Source: Ptychomitrium polyphyllum
Lineage: Eukaryota
Reading direction: 5' to 3'
Assembly (NCBI GenBank): GCA_973851085.1
Contig: OZ316776.1
Coordinates: 15,128,001-15,192,000 of the forward strand
Length of the DNA: 64,000 nt
Shown here: one piece after another, positions 28,201 to 41,777 of the stretch
How positions within the stretch are numbered: position 1 is the stretch's first letter
How the letters are laid out: every line of letters begins with the position of its first letter
Program-made: the position numbers and the translations under genes
The notes under the pieces: generated by a model
Told to the model about the DNA's origin: nothing
Databases searched by the model: none
Seen by the model: only the letters and a program-made list of their open reading frames with translations

Positions 28201-29938
28201 CAGGTGGCGAGATTGCAGGAGCAGCTGCAAACAGAGCGAGATTTGCGAGCTGCTTTGGAGATTGGACTCAGTATGTCGGCTGCTCAGCTGTCCGGTTCCC
28301 AATCACTTGATTCGAAGGTATGGTTCAATAGGCTTAGAGACAGAGTTCCATTTTCGAGTTGTTTTTTCTTGTACAGCAAGGTTAACGAAGAACGACTTTG
28401 ATGAAGCTCTCAAAAATTATGTCTCTTCCTCTTCTCCCTGACCTGTTTTCCTGATTATGCTTGGGTGGTTTGTAGACACGTGCCGAAGTTGAGGAGATAG
28501 CCGTTGTGGAAGCTGATGTTGCAAGGTTGAAGCAAAAGGTGGCTGAGCTTCACTCGCAGCTAAATCAGCATCGCCAACAGCAACATGGGATGTCGCTCTC
28601 TGACACTACGGAGCGGCAACAACGAGTCAAAAGTCTTCAAGCTCAACAGTAAGCGCCTGTGGATGATATTGTTATGGCACAACCATGCACGTTAATTTCT
28701 ATGGACTTGAAGATAGAACCTAAATACTTCGGACGGTATAAGGTGGTATGAAGGTTTCCTGACGAAAATTTCTCCTGTCTTCATGCTTCATATATTATTG
28801 CGGCTGATGGCATACATATGCTTTGCAGAAAAATATTGCAACAGGAGCTTGATTTGACATTAGCCCTTTGCCATCATGAGAAGCAGAAAAATGAGGTAAA
28901 AATTTCCTTATTCTTTGGTCAACATTTTCGATCTTTCTTCAACTATGGTCTTTCTCATGGTTTTCTATGCTTGATAAATTGCCATTTTTGGCAGCTTCTT
29001 TTCGAGAAAAATTATTGATAGTGGTCATTGCTGGATAATTACTGGAATTTGGACCAATTCAGAATATAGATGGCCAGAGTGGTCAAGAGGACACCGCAGC
29101 ACTTGAGCACGTTGTGAATCAGCAACGTAATGCGCTTGCAGAAGCGAAGGTAAGTTATGGATCTTGCTTGTTTCCATTATGGTAAATGCAGATAAAGTCA
29201 TGTTTGTTGAAGTCGGTACGGGAAGTAACGGCATAGCAAATGCTTGTATGCACAGGAAGCTCTTTTCTCCGAAAGGGCGAGAGGCTTGAGTATGCAGCGT
29301 CGAAGCAGCCCCCCACATGATCAATCTGGAGTAAGCGACTGGAGAAATCTTCGTCCACCAGCAGGACCCTCTGCCGCCGCTCGCCAATTTGCTTGGAGAA
29401 ACCAGCCAGATTCCTCTGCTCTCACTGACGACATGAAGCTGGAGTTTGGGATCATTGAGACCCTGGAGCCTGTCCATTCAAGTGGGAAAAGGCTCCATCT
29501 TGATCTTGAGGTGATTATTAATGTGAACCTGCCTCTGATTTAGTTTCTCATACGGTTCTCTGGATTGTATATTCATTTATTTTGAGTATTCAGGTAGGGT
29601 TCGAATCTTGTAGATAATAATTACTGATCCGTTATCATTCCGTTTTATAATTTTAATCTCGGGATTAATTGGATGTTTTGTTATGCCTTTGAAATAAACA
29701 AACTATAACAATTCGCTTGTGCGCACAGAGCGGTAATTCAAGAATATCTGTTTCTCAAAGGCAAGCACCGACTGCCTCAGCGGCGTTGGTGGAATTGACA
29801 ACACGACTGGACTTTTTTAAGGAGCGTCGATCTCAGCTGATGGATCAACTTAATAGTCTAGATCCAAGTTTAATGCCTACTGCGCTTAGTGGCCATGATT
29901 TAATCCCATCTCATTCCCCAACTGGGAGAAGTCCTTGA
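22278..29938 (+). CDS. PH-domain RhoGAP (REN/PHGAP/ROPGAP7-like) with C-terminal coiled coils, multi-exon
   Basis: MSAAVSPAPFDRP...NL|VYKSGPLYISSK|GLGWKSWKRRWFILTRTSLVFFKNDP (PH domain); GRPILLALEDIDGSPSFLEKAL; GVEGILRQSADVEDV; NRMTASAVAACMAPLLLRPLLAGEC; AKGNAILQASLERRKQALHDRRLALEQDV; ALVELTTRLDFFKERRSQLMDQL. Confidence 0.95.
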
Positions 29939-30862
29939 CTGATTTTATTTTTTCCATTATTCTGCAGGATTGTTTATTAGGCGAATTCGTGTCAGCTGTA
30001 AAATGTTTAGCGTAGGACCTGTTGGAGTAGCAAGACATCCACAACGATTGTGGTTTGGAGTGGAAAATTCCAAGTTAGAATGTACTAGTACACTGCTCAA
30101 GGTTTTCCGTGATGTTCACGGGTTCCTCTTCTGCTGAGTCTGGGGTTCTCTTCTTCACAGCTTGAATTATCTTCATTGGCCTGCCAGTATTGACATAGAA
30201 CAACATTAGGGACACCTTGTACAGCATTGGAGTGGTGCAAGCCCTCTCATGTTCATGGTGTTGTATCTGCGGTCTTTCAAGGCTTACTACATTTTCTTCA
30301 TTACAATTCCAGGTATCACATATGAATCAGCTATTTTCCCAGTTTGGAGCAATGTTAGATCCTTCCCGATTTGAGTATTTTGTGCTTCTCTGAATGTGCC
30401 TGAGCATAGGAGATCTTAACCACTTCACACGAATCTGTTGTGTCGAAGCTCTTCTACCAAAATCCAGCATTTCAGATAAATTTTTGCTGCTCTTCTAAAG
30501 TTTTGTCACGAAGCAGGCTACGAAAATGATTTGGAACAGGTGCAACTGTCACATCTATTTCCTTCCAAAATAGAAGAGGTCTGCTAATTTTTTTGGATCC
30601 GTACCTTGTATGCCTTAGGAACAAAAAGGTGGTCTTAAGATTATAAAGTCTATTTTTTATTCAAATGTAGTTTATGAATGTACATGTAAACGTATAGTAC
30701 TCCACATACAGTTATCTAGGCTATGAAATTTCATCAAAGCAGAAATGCTCTCGACATGGTAATTACGACTGGCCGAGTAGATAAGATACAAGTACGGCAA
30801 AGCTCAACTCCCATGTTATATTGACAGTTTTTTCAAGCAAGCGGCAACAACACCACTGCAAA

Positions 30863-32820
30863 CTAGAGCTCGTCGTTTGTGGGAGTGACTTCTTTTGGTT
30901 TGTCCCAAGGGATTGGATCCAACAGAAAAGCTTCAGCATGGGGTGTGTACCAGTCTTTGTACACGTAGCTGCACACACAACAAAGTATTTGCCACATATA
31001 ATTACAAGCGCCAGCGAAGTTCACTATATCCTTTTCCACAGGTCTCAGTGCATGACTTTTAACTTAAAGAACATAATTATGCCCTGTAGCCTCAAATCTA
31101 GACCAACTTTGCTTCAGTCTGTTTAACCTTAACATCAAGTAAAGGGCAGTAAGGTTTAGTGCTTACGAATGCACTGGAGGCTTGGAAATGATAACGTAGA
31201 AGTGCAAATCCTCGTCGTTTGTGTTGATAACCTATTTCCCAGTTCGAGCACAATGAATTGCTAGCCTAAATCTTGATATACGGTAATCAGTTGGAATTAA
31301 TTGCTAAACTAAATCTTAATATAAACCCCTCGTCATTCACTCTGCTTTCATAGTAGGCCAAAGAGCTTGAGTTGAACCAAGATCTTGGAACAGACGAGAG
31401 GAAAGTGACTGGAGAACACACTCCCCAAACAATCAAAAAGAATAATTCAAAGATAAAATATTGGAAGAAACAAAATTACTACAGAAGAAAAAAGAAAGTA
31501 AGGTGACGAGTGTACAGAGGTGAAATGGACATTCCATACCTGATGGACTGCATTGATAGGAATAGAGAACGTAGAATTGGAAGAGAACTGAGTGGCCACA
31601 GGTTCTCCTGGGAAGTTGTTCTCTGATTCTGGAGCTATGTACACCGTGCCACCTCCCTTGAGTATTATGAATATTTCTTCGCACTTGTGGCGATGAATGG
31701 GTGGTCCACGCCCAGGTGCAGCTGTCTCCATCCACGCCTCCACCTGTATTAAACAAATAAAACAAAAGATTAATTAGGTGAGGAAAATTGACCTTGGATC
31801 TCTTGTCCTGTCTGTCACTGTATGACCAATAACAAGACCAATATCAAGAAGGTACTACTGCAACTCATGCTGTTTTCTGCACTGGTGATTATCTGACTTC
31901 AGTTACATTCTTAAGAGTAAACTTTCCTAACCTATATGGTCTAGAAACTCAACATAGATACTTTTGAATACAACCTAGATACTTCTTCTCTCCACATCGT
32001 GAATGGGTAAGAAATTAAGCCCATGCCTAAGACTCCATAACTTCATATAAGAAGTAAGTGAGACCAACTGTGAACTTTTACCGCGTACAGGTGTAACTTC
32101 GATGCCATAAGGATGTAATGTCGAACTGGTTTTGGATAAGCCTTAAAACTTAGCAAATTGCAGCTAGGAACGAAAGGAAATTTTACCTCCTTCTGACCAT
32201 GGTCGACAGCTCCAGCAAGTGTGATATGAGTCAACCCAGGGATGCCGTTGAACTGCTTTATTTCCTCAAGCTTTTGTACAACTGATGACTCTGTTTCACA
32301 AACCAGAACATTGATAAACTCAGTCCTTAGTTCAAATCTCACACTACTCATAATTCCAATATAATTGATCATGAGGAGGGTGGGTTGTTTCTCATAACTC
32401 ATGTTGTAGTGTCATAGGCATTTTTCTAGACTTACCAAATCATCATTGTGATGAGGAAAGGAGATCACAACAGTGGCAATGACAATTGACACTAATTCCC
32501 CAGCACTGCATTCCAATTTTTACGCTCTTTTGCTTGTAGCAATTAGAAAATGCGAACATAACCTGTTCTCCAAGATAACCTACGTCAGCCTAACGCTTGA
32601 AACTACACTCCTGCAAAGAATGATTCTGCGGTGTTCTAAGCACCCAAACAACCTGAACGCGTTCAATCATTGCATAGTTAATGGACATCAGGATCACTTG
32701 ACAAGAGGAAGAAATAAACGACACGAAGTGTAGAGAAGACACTTCATTACCTGCAGTTCCAAGAACAAGCAAACTAACAGCAAGCATGAAAAGGACACTC
32801 GGTAGAATGGAGACCGCCAT
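30863..32820 (-). CDS. ABP1: Auxin-binding protein 1-like cupin (divergent), signal peptide, C-terminal NDEL. Approximate exons 32820-32751, 32291-32188, 31743-31540, 31231-31167, 30969-30863
   Basis: Signal peptide [100 protein letters not shown]...WDKPKEVTPTNDEL*. Five-exon structure as in ABP1. Confidence 0.9.
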
Positions 32821-33565
32821 CTTGCTGAAATGAATGAACCGCAAAGCTTGACACCGCCGAGACCAGTTCGTGCTCGGATAGAAGCCCCTCCTAGGTGGGA
32901 AGAAACAAGTGTAACTTCCTCATCTTCCGAATTCCAATATTCCCTCTGACACCTTTCCATTATTTTATAGAACAAACTCGACGTTTGAATGATTGCGTGT
33001 GCTGATTCACTGTGTATTATAAGAATAACTTCCATGACGATCAAACCCATTTCGAAGTTAAGTGGGCTGAAAGGCCGCCTGTGAGCTTCTCGTGCTGGCA
33101 AGTGTTTGTGCACTGCAACAGCTGGCTATGAATTCCAGAGCTTGCCCACAAACTCCCACCCCTGGTAGTAACCTAGAGCAACTTCAAACTTCAGCTTTTT
33201 GCATATGTTGAGTACTAGCATAAGCAAAGTGCCATTTTTGTTTGATAAAAAACTAAAGATCTTGAAGAACACGAATAAAGTATGTCCTCCACTAAGTCCA
33301 TTTGAAGATTAAGGTGTACCTCATCTGTGTCGTCTCTTAGTTTATCACTTCCAAAGCTTTACTGTGCTATCTATTAACTTCTCTCTTTCTTCTACATAAT
33401 TTTCTCTTGCAAAGGACCCGTTACACTGCAACATATGTGAATGTGAAGCTAGAGAGTCTAATGGATGCATCCATTTAGTAAGGGAGGAAATTCTATTTTA
33501 AGCACCAGATTAAGCATTGGATGAAGCAACAAGTGGAGAATTAAATTAAATGCCAAGAAAATTAC

Positions 33566-33630
33566 CAGACGAAAAAGCTTTTAGCAGACGAAAAGCTTTT
33601 AGCTTTTAGCAGACGAAAAGCTTTTAGCAG
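33566..33630. repeat. Short tandem repeat, about 3 copies of cagacgaaaagcttttag, upstream of ABP1
   Basis: Read directly from the sequence. Confidence 0.85.
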
Positions 33631-35456
33631 GTTCCAATAGTATCGAGCTAATCAAGATATTGTCTCAGTTTAAGGACTGCATGATTCTGAATGCAGAACA
33701 CTAAAAGAGCTTTTCCTGAAGATTGAATCAGATATCTGCGGATGTTGTTTCGTGAAGACTCTAACCATGTCTCGATGAAACAGAACTCCAGAAGTAACGA
33801 AAGATCTCACCAATGTGTGCACATACCACAACAGTTCCATCCTGAGCCCACTTGCTAGAGTCGTCACGTGCATTTGTGCATTCTGGCGTCTGCCAATTCC
33901 CTTCGCAAAGCGCCGATGATACTATTTCCTACCAGATATCGCCATCTCCTATCCTTCCGGCACGCTGACTACAGTAACTTTACCACTTTCACCGTAAATT
34001 AATATAAGACTAAAAATATACTGCCTCAAAGCCAGCCAACTGGACGGAGACATAAATAGTGTCAGACATTGCGTAGTCTTAGTGACCCACCTGGAGAATA
34101 AATAAACTCGTCATTCTGATCCACCAATTCAATTTTCAAAATGGACATACTGTTTGTGTCAAATTAAAACAGAATATGAGTTATACGAACACACTTTGGC
34201 GGCACATTAGTACAGATCTGATTACCGAAGTACTTCTATGCGGCGATGGGCATTCAACTCTACACGGCATGTGCTCTTAAACCGTATCTAACTCTAAACA
34301 TAGTTTAAGGCAATGTTATTCACAGGCGCTTGATCAACAAAACAATACTGCAAATTAATATAAACACAACTGAGGTGTGGGCCATGGCTAACTTTTATCT
34401 ATCCTGCAGTGTGTAGATGGATGTGTACAGCCACTGCAAGCACATTCTGTTCATGTTGATATTTATGTTTACTAATTATGTTCAGAGTGCGGGAGACTGC
34501 TTTTTGGGATGTTGTATAGACTTTTCGGTGGAAATAAAATAAAACAAATTTGCACATGTGGTGTTTCGGTGCATATTACTGAACAGAACCTCATGGCGGT
34601 AGTGCAAAGTCAAAACGATGGCCCGGAAGCATCTCTTCGGTTGCATCCGCACAGTTTCTGTCTCAAGTCAAAACGTTAAATCCTGTCTTTGCTGCACTTG
34701 ATGCAGAAGTCGCTCCAGCAGCATGCTCAACGTTTTTCTGAAGTGAATGATCGATACAAGATTGATTGTTCCGAGATGCAGGATATGTGAGAAGGTTGAA
34801 TCTGGGAAACTGCCGTGTGGTGGCACCATCATGGCGCTTTCAAAGCCGGGTCGCTGTCCGTAACGGCAATGCAGGTCAGTGGAGACATTGTTCAGATAAT
34901 TGTCGCACGGTTCACCTGATATTTTCATATTCTCTGTATTTTGATCCAATCTACCTCCATAAGAGAGCATGACGTCGCCTTAAACATGCTAGGATTAGAT
35001 ATGCCGAGAAGCTCGGATCCTAGATGTGAATAGACAGTTGAATCAAACTGCTTCCAGGAGGAAGTTTGATAACAAACCTTCTCAGTGGATACACAAAAGC
35101 GTTGTGTACATTTTCTAAGGAAAAAATCTTAGTGGATTCGTGACCTCTCTTCGCCGTGACGTCTGCGGGCGACGAGGTACAGTTAACTCGCATTTACGAA
35201 ACTTCCGTATGGCTTCTGCAGTCGGAATGCAGCATTGCAGCTCAAAGTTCGAGATTCACAGAAGTTCTATCAGAGGCTGGGCGATTTGGGAGGTATTTCT
35301 TGATCTAAAACCTTTAGAACGTGCGAGGACACTTAGTGATCACCTCCTTGATATGCTCTGTGACAGTTCCAATTCGTTGTTTGAACTTATGAATCATTCA
35401 GCTTGATGATTAGCGACCGCCATGGCAGATGTAGCTGAATCTCAAGGCTGAGATCG

Positions 35457-36533
35457 ATGAAGCCTGTTCAAGGTGGGTATTGCCTGTCGGCAATGTCGTC
35501 ACTACAAATGGGAATCTCGACGCAGATCGTCGTGTTAGTTGCGCTTCTAACCTCGACAGCAGTCATCACGCGCACGATCGTCCTCAGCAGCACAAACCCA
35601 GATTCCTTCACCTCACCCAATTATCAGCTTGCAGATTGCTCATCATCTCAAGAAGCTCAAACTATGACCTTCGCCTCGCAGCCCGCCAAGTATATGAATT
35701 CAAAGTTTCACGACGAAGAGCCCGACTTCACCAAGTATATGCCCTACCGCGACGCGCTTGACACCGAGTTTGATCTCCACGGTTACATCATTAGCATGAA
35801 GAAGGAGCGGTACGAGTACGCCTCCAGTGTCATCGCCAAGCTTCACATCACGCCACACCACTACGTACCATATTCCTACAAATCCCAGCTCGTGTGGGAT
35901 GAAATGGAGAAGTACAACAACGGGACGATGTATCACAAGGACCCACACAACCTGAAGATGTTTTCGCACCGGATGGCGCATACGGGGATGTTGTTCGACT
36001 TCGTCAACGACCGGACGGCGAAGATGAATTCGTGGCGGTTTTTCTTTGAGGACGACATCGACATCCACCCGAATGTGACCATTGACGACGCTAGGGATGC
36101 GTTGGCGAAAGCGCTGGAGATCGGTTCCGGCGACGGCATCGTCTACCTCGGCATTTGCGGGCCCGGCAAAGCCAACCTCGAAAAACCGGTAAAACTTGCG
36201 CCCAATGTCGAAGCCAGGAGATCACACGGCACTTGCACTCACGCTTACGGTGTCACGAAGTGGAGAGCGGCGGGCCTTCTTTCGCATCTTGACAACGTGC
36301 AGGTGCCAGAGCAGTATACTAGACTAGCGTACCTGTACTTCGATATTCTCACTCGGGCGTATGGTTTAACGGTGACGAATGCTTGGATTGTGGGCTTCAA
36401 TCTGAGATCTCCAGTTCCGCAGAAGTTTCTCGCCAAACAAGTTCACGTAGGTCTCATCTTTCAAGACAGGCTCAAGTATCCTTCGTTTATTTCGCCAAAG
36501 AAGAATGCCTCTAGACCAGTTCCGCCCTTGTAA
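35457..36533 (+). CDS. Intronless type II membrane glycosyltransferase, GT25-like, 358 aa
   Basis: N-terminal hydrophobic anchor IVVLVALLTSTAVI, then GT25-like motifs in order: GYIISMKKER, MFSHRMAH, FFFEDDI, IVYLG, GTCTHAYGVT. Long uninterrupted ORF with C/G-rich third positions. Confidence 0.72.
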   Translation: MKPVQGGYCLSAMSSLQMGISTQIVVLVALLTSTAVITRTIVLSSTNPDSFTSPNYQLADCSSSQEAQTMTFASQPAKYMNSKFHDEEPDFTKYMPYRDALDTEFDLHGYIISMKKERYEYASSVIAKLHITPHHYVPYSYKSQLVWDEMEKYNNGTMYHKDPHNLKMFSHRMAHTGMLFDFVNDRTAKMNSWRFFFEDDIDIHPNVTIDDARDALAKALEIGSGDGIVYLGICGPGKANLEKPVKLAPNVEARRSHGTCTHAYGVTKWRAAGLLSHLDNVQVPEQYTRLAYLYFDILTRAYGLTVTNAWIVGFNLRSPVPQKFLAKQVHVGLIFQDRLKYPSFISPKKNASRPVPPL

Positions 36534-38998
36534 GTTCTGAACTAGGTCAACTTTCAGGCACATGATTCTTTTGGGCTGTCAATGCTACGCTCTTGACAGA
36601 GCCTAGTTTCGCTAGAGGGGAGTGCATTTGTGTGCGTTCCTGGCAGTGCTGGTGTATCCACAGATTCTCTAGTTAGAGAGGACAGAGGAACCGTTTTCCA
36701 ACTGCTCCTAACCGAGCGGTAGTTCTCATTCTATAGTTTTTATACATTTCAATTGAGTAGGTACTAGAATTATGTAATCTTTACATTTCACCTGTGCAGC
36801 CACCCTTCGGTCCTTTCAATCAGATTCGGCGTTTGGTTTCAGTTCCGTGGTGTAGATTATCCGCTTATGTGAAAACTCAACTTGAGAATCACTCAAGTCT
36901 CTAGGCACATTCTTATGGCTGCATTGCGACGTCCAGAGATTGGAGTTGTGCAATCTGTAGAATTCTGTTTTCCGGAGATTGTGCAAGTGCAGGGCTAACT
37001 TAAGGCAACCCGGCGTTCGGACATCTCCTTTGTGGTCTTTGAAGGCCATCAAGATATGGTTATGGCTCAAAGACATCAAGGTATGGTTATGGCTCCGAGG
37101 CTGAAAGTCGGTACTAGCGTTTTTAGTGATTTCTCAGTATCAAGTCTCTTTAATGATGCGAGTGAAGTTGTGATTTTATGGCGGAGGAAACGAATGAGAA
37201 GATATCCCAGGTATCGTTTGTATCATGAAGGGCATATGGACGGGCTGTACTAAAGGTTCATCCACATTGTGCCTCTGCAACCTTTGATGATGAAGTGCAG
37301 GTGCAGGATCATGGCTAGAGTCTGCAAGTTGGACGGATAACGCATACTCGTGGTTGGTTTACTGCCCTGAATGTAAACTTCTGAATGCACTAGTTGATTT
37401 AAGGGAACAGTGGTAAGAGGACAGATTGATCGTATAAGTCATGGCACGGAGGGCTACCAGTGCATCAACAGCGGTTTGGTTGCCCAGCCACCACTTTTCT
37501 TGATTGCACGTTATTCAATCCTCGCAAAAAATTCCCTTAACATGCAAATGCAGGCCATTCCATGTGAGAACCCAATCACAGGTCGCAGCAATAGCATGGC
37601 TTCAATGTAGAATGTGTTAATGCCTAGGCAGTGATGAAGTTTAGGGCCATAGTTTTTGCCCACGAGCTAGTGGCCAGTGAGACTCACAGACACACACTAA
37701 CTCTCACAGAGACACACTAACTCATTGATACACGCTAACACACTACCTCATTGATATTCTGTCTATCTTCTAGATGCTAGTCTTCATTGTAAGAGTCTTT
37801 TCCACAAGTTTTCTCTTAAGATGCGTGAGCATATTGTTAGTTCATTCCTTGGATAATGTACATGTCAAAGTATATGTCATCTCAAAGTTTGATGTTAAAA
37901 GTATATAATACAATTGTCTTGAGGTTACTTTTACTTAATTTATGAAAATAATGAAGTAGTCTTTTGTTATTTTAACTATAATAAGGCTTTACATGCATGG
38001 AGCTCTTGTAAATTCTAATTGAGCCAACAATGCTTTAAAAAAAGCTCAATGCTTTATGTCACATTAATCAATAAATGAAACAAATTTAGTTTATTGTTAT
38101 TAATTGTACTAATTCTACAATTATTTTCAACAATCAAATATACTTTATAGAAAGGATGAAAATGAGATAAGTTAATAAATTGAGTTGCAAACAATAAACA
38201 AAAAATTTAAAACTAAAACTCAAGTTGTAGATATAAGGTCATGTTTCAATGTACAAAGAATTTACAAATTTTATTTTCCTAAATTTAGTTCTTGTAGTAA
38301 AAACAAGTCTTTCATTTATTTCATCTAATCTAAAAAACAAATAAAAAACTTAGAATATCCTAACTAAAACGCTAACATAAGGATATCAACCAGATTTGAA
38401 GGAGTCCAACTTCCAAGCACTAAATCTGAAATTTTCAATTGCAAATGCACAATTCATGTATTAAAAGCTGCCACTCATACGCACGAAATGTCAAATGTTG
38501 AAATTCCCATATACTTTTTCCCAAAGTGGAACTTGGCTAACTGATACCATCTCTACTTACACACTAACCATGCCAAATAATTAATACATCCATCCACCCA
38601 TCAACCACCATACATCTACAGCCACCCTTCCGTCCACCATCCATCCATCCATCATCATCTATTAGAAATACCAATAAGGTACATTAAATATACATTCCAG
38701 ATGAACACCTTTCTTTCATTTAAAGCAGTCAACCTGGCCTGGATTAATGTACACAAAAGAATCACTGGTTGAGGTCAAGCTCTCCCACAGCTTTACAAGC
38801 GCAGTGGAGATGGCAACCAAGCCACCAACATCCTGAACACCTACAAAACAACCTAAACAGGAGTTGTGCAGGATCACCTCTCTGTAACTCAAGCAATGCT
38901 CTGGCAACTCTTACAAAACTGTTTCCCTGTACACGAAACGACTCCTCTGAGTGATCAAAAGAACTGCCGGAAGCTCGCTGTAGAAACTTAGAACTGAG

Positions 38999-40587
38999 CT
39001 ACACGGAGACCAACAAGCTTGGCTCGAATGCAAACTGCACAATACATCGTTCAACAAGCGGGGTATCAGCAGAGAAGTAGGAATCGAGAGGAAACTCTTG
39101 CCAGGTCGTGACGACACCGCCAGAGATCAAACACGCCACAGCCTTGAACGTGCTCTTGTTGAGGATGCACAAGCGGTTATTAAGCGCCACACAGTCGAAA
39201 TCATCTAGATTCACAAGATGTTGCCGTGACGCCGTCGGCATCAGACCTGCAAGGCGCCATTGCAACGACGCCGTTTCCAGCTGCCAGAGAGCGAGGCTCT
39301 TGGTTCGAGGGCCGATGTCGTCCTCGCTAATTTCCTTCTCTAGAAGAGCGAAGATGTTCTCGCCGAACTGGATCACCTTGACCGTCAGGACGGTTTCACC
39401 GACGTGTTGTGGGAAGAAGACCACATTGCTCCATGTCCTGGCGCCTTCGACGTCGTACTTCACCACGCCCCACCTACCGCTCCGCTCCTCCCGCGCAACG
39501 CAGTAGAGGACGCCATCGTAGTAAGCGCCAATGTGCTTCTCTAACGCAAGATTTGGAGTCGGTCTGCCGCGTTTGCTCCACAGCCCTGTTTGCGAGTCGT
39601 ATATCTTGGTCCTCTTCCGTGACGCTGCACAGAGAATCTTGAACGACTTCTGCTCCGTGTCGACCACTAACTGCACAACATTCTCCTTGAGAGGAACCTC
39701 TCGTTGTGCGCCCGTCATGGGGTTCAAGACCAGCAAGGAACTCTCACCTCGCAAGCACAAGAGGCCCTTAGAACCTGTGATGACGTTCTTGACATCAATT
39801 GGGGTTGTAAAAGGCTTCATAGCCTGCCACCTTCGCCTTGGCGAGTCGTAACTCAACCATGACCATGCCGCACATTCACTTATAGCCTGTCTGGGGTCTG
39901 CAACAACTGGATTAGGATTTGTTGGATAAATGGGCTCAAGGTCGCCAATCGACTCGAGTTTGCTTCCTGTGCGAGAGATTCGCAGAGTTGCTCTACCATC
40001 GTTCCAGAATACTAGAGGGAAAAACGAAGCCCCTTGCGGACCTTGTATTGCATTTCGAAGGCTCAAGAAAGGAGGGTATGTAAGAAGTGAGTACCACCGC
40101 TTGCAAACTGGCCGAACTTTGTACAGGACTGAAATGGGGAGACGGGCGAGCAGCAGGTCTTCTAAATCCGGGGGTAACCCTAATATCGCACGCTCGCTAA
40201 TGCTGCCATCCCGTTTCAATTCCTGATGATAAGAGCCACAGAAGTTGAATACGAAGCGCTCAACAAAACCGAAAACTTGGCTGCCAAAGCATTCAAAGTA
40301 CAGAATGGAGAAAATTAACGTGCGACAAATGCAGGAGTTAAGTTCATGTAAGCTCAGCTAGCTCAAACCTGAAGCATCATCTAGATAGAGCAAAAACTTC
40401 ATTTACATGTAACGTGTTTTACAAAACGAAATTCGTGGTCAAATGGTGCAGTAATCTGAAGTATTTTGATCAAAGCGAATACCGTTCTCTCGACCTCTTT
40501 CTTGGATTGATCATAGCCCAGCGGCGAAGCTTCCACCAATGTTGTTCCCAGCGTTGAATCAGATCGCTGGCGAATGGCTTGAATCAT
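38999..40587 (-). CDS. F-box protein with a kelch/FBA-like C-terminal domain. Main exon 40222-38999, probable first exon 40587-40483
   Basis: F-box LPPDLEDLLLARLPISVLYKVRPVCKRWYSLL; GSKGLLCL...LVLNPMT; IYDSQTGLW; AYYDGVLY; ends FAFEPSL. Phase-0 junction ACG|gtattc...atcag|GAA. Confidence 0.9.
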
Positions 40588-41777
40588 GACGACAAATGCC
40601 AGCCTTGCGTTTGGTTTCCAGTGGCGAACGCTTGTAGTTCTGCCACCATTAAGCACTATACAATGTTTTGAGAACCCACTACACAATGTTTCGAGAACCC
40701 ACTACACAGGAACACACCCTGGTCGCAAGGTTATCAAGAAACTCGTGGAAGTTGCAGCAAAAACATACAGATTGCCATATCCACCCTAACCCCAGAAACA
40801 ACAATTAAATTCACTTTCAATGGCTCAACAGCAGAAAAAGAACTGGCAATTATCGTCATGATACAAGCTCTCTCGATTATACGCAATGCAAACGAGAACT
40901 CTGCAATGAGGAAGAACTTTCACCTGCCAAAACTTCGACTCGACCGGATCACTGAAACTTAACTCCTCGCTACAAACAACACACGATTGCAACAAACCCA
41001 GGTTCTCAAGTGAATTATATGCCCAGCAAGAAAGATTTCTGTACAACAAGAGCCCAACTTGGTAGAGGATGCCAAGACCAGATGAACTACAGCACAACGA
41101 CAGAGAAACCAGCACTTGCAGAGAAAGTGGGACGAGGAGGAGATCTCGTGAAGTGGCGCCTGCATCGAAGAGAGCCACGGAAATACGAAGCTCGCAAGTG
41201 GCAGCAGCAGGGAGCCATTTCCGCCCAGATTTCGACACCACAGCCCTCTGCGTGTACGAGATCCTCACGAAACTCGTCAACACCTAACCTCGAAATGGAT
41301 ATTTGGGCCCTGAAAATTCGGCTACAGTTTTCACCAACATTATGATTCACTAACCGATTTGCCCACAGCCACCACCTGGTGTGTGATATTATAATCTAAC
41401 CATCGACAATTTCAATCATCTCGTCACAACAGAATCTCAAGCTGAAGGTCACTGTGGCGGTCAGTGCGGCGAACATGCCGTGCAACACTTTTCACCCAGT
41501 GATGAAGTTCCTCTTCCTGCATCGAACTTTGTTTCTTGTACTTTCCTCAAGTCATGGAGTGAAGAACCTTTTTAGTGTTTGTTTGAGTTGCAAGGCATAA
41601 AAGCAAAGGTGATTCCCAATTGCAAGTGATGCAACCAACGTTCAATCATCAAGCCAGGAGGAGTTGGGTTTAAGCCAGAATGCAATCCCTCTCGAGGATG
41701 AGTTCAGATTTCGAGTTTCACAGAAACATGGACCGGGGCCGGTCCGATCATCATAACTTCATTGAAAGCTCTGAGCA

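Noticed and set aside
29595..29615. tRNA T-loop-like GGTTCGAATC
   Set aside because: No surrounding cloverleaf or A box, and it is intronic.
32562..32578. Possible 17-nt ABP1 micro-exon
   Set aside because: Including it would break the phase between the signal-peptide exon and the next exon.
37047..37096. 27-bp direct duplication (similar 24-bp duplication at ~40659-40706; 9-bp hairpin at ~50118-50142)
   Set aside because: Ordinary slippage or chance-level features with no supporting context.
39108..40226. Plus-strand ORFs overlapping the F-box gene (likewise those opposite the GT25-like gene and VPS13)
   Set aside because: Antisense shadows of real coding exons.
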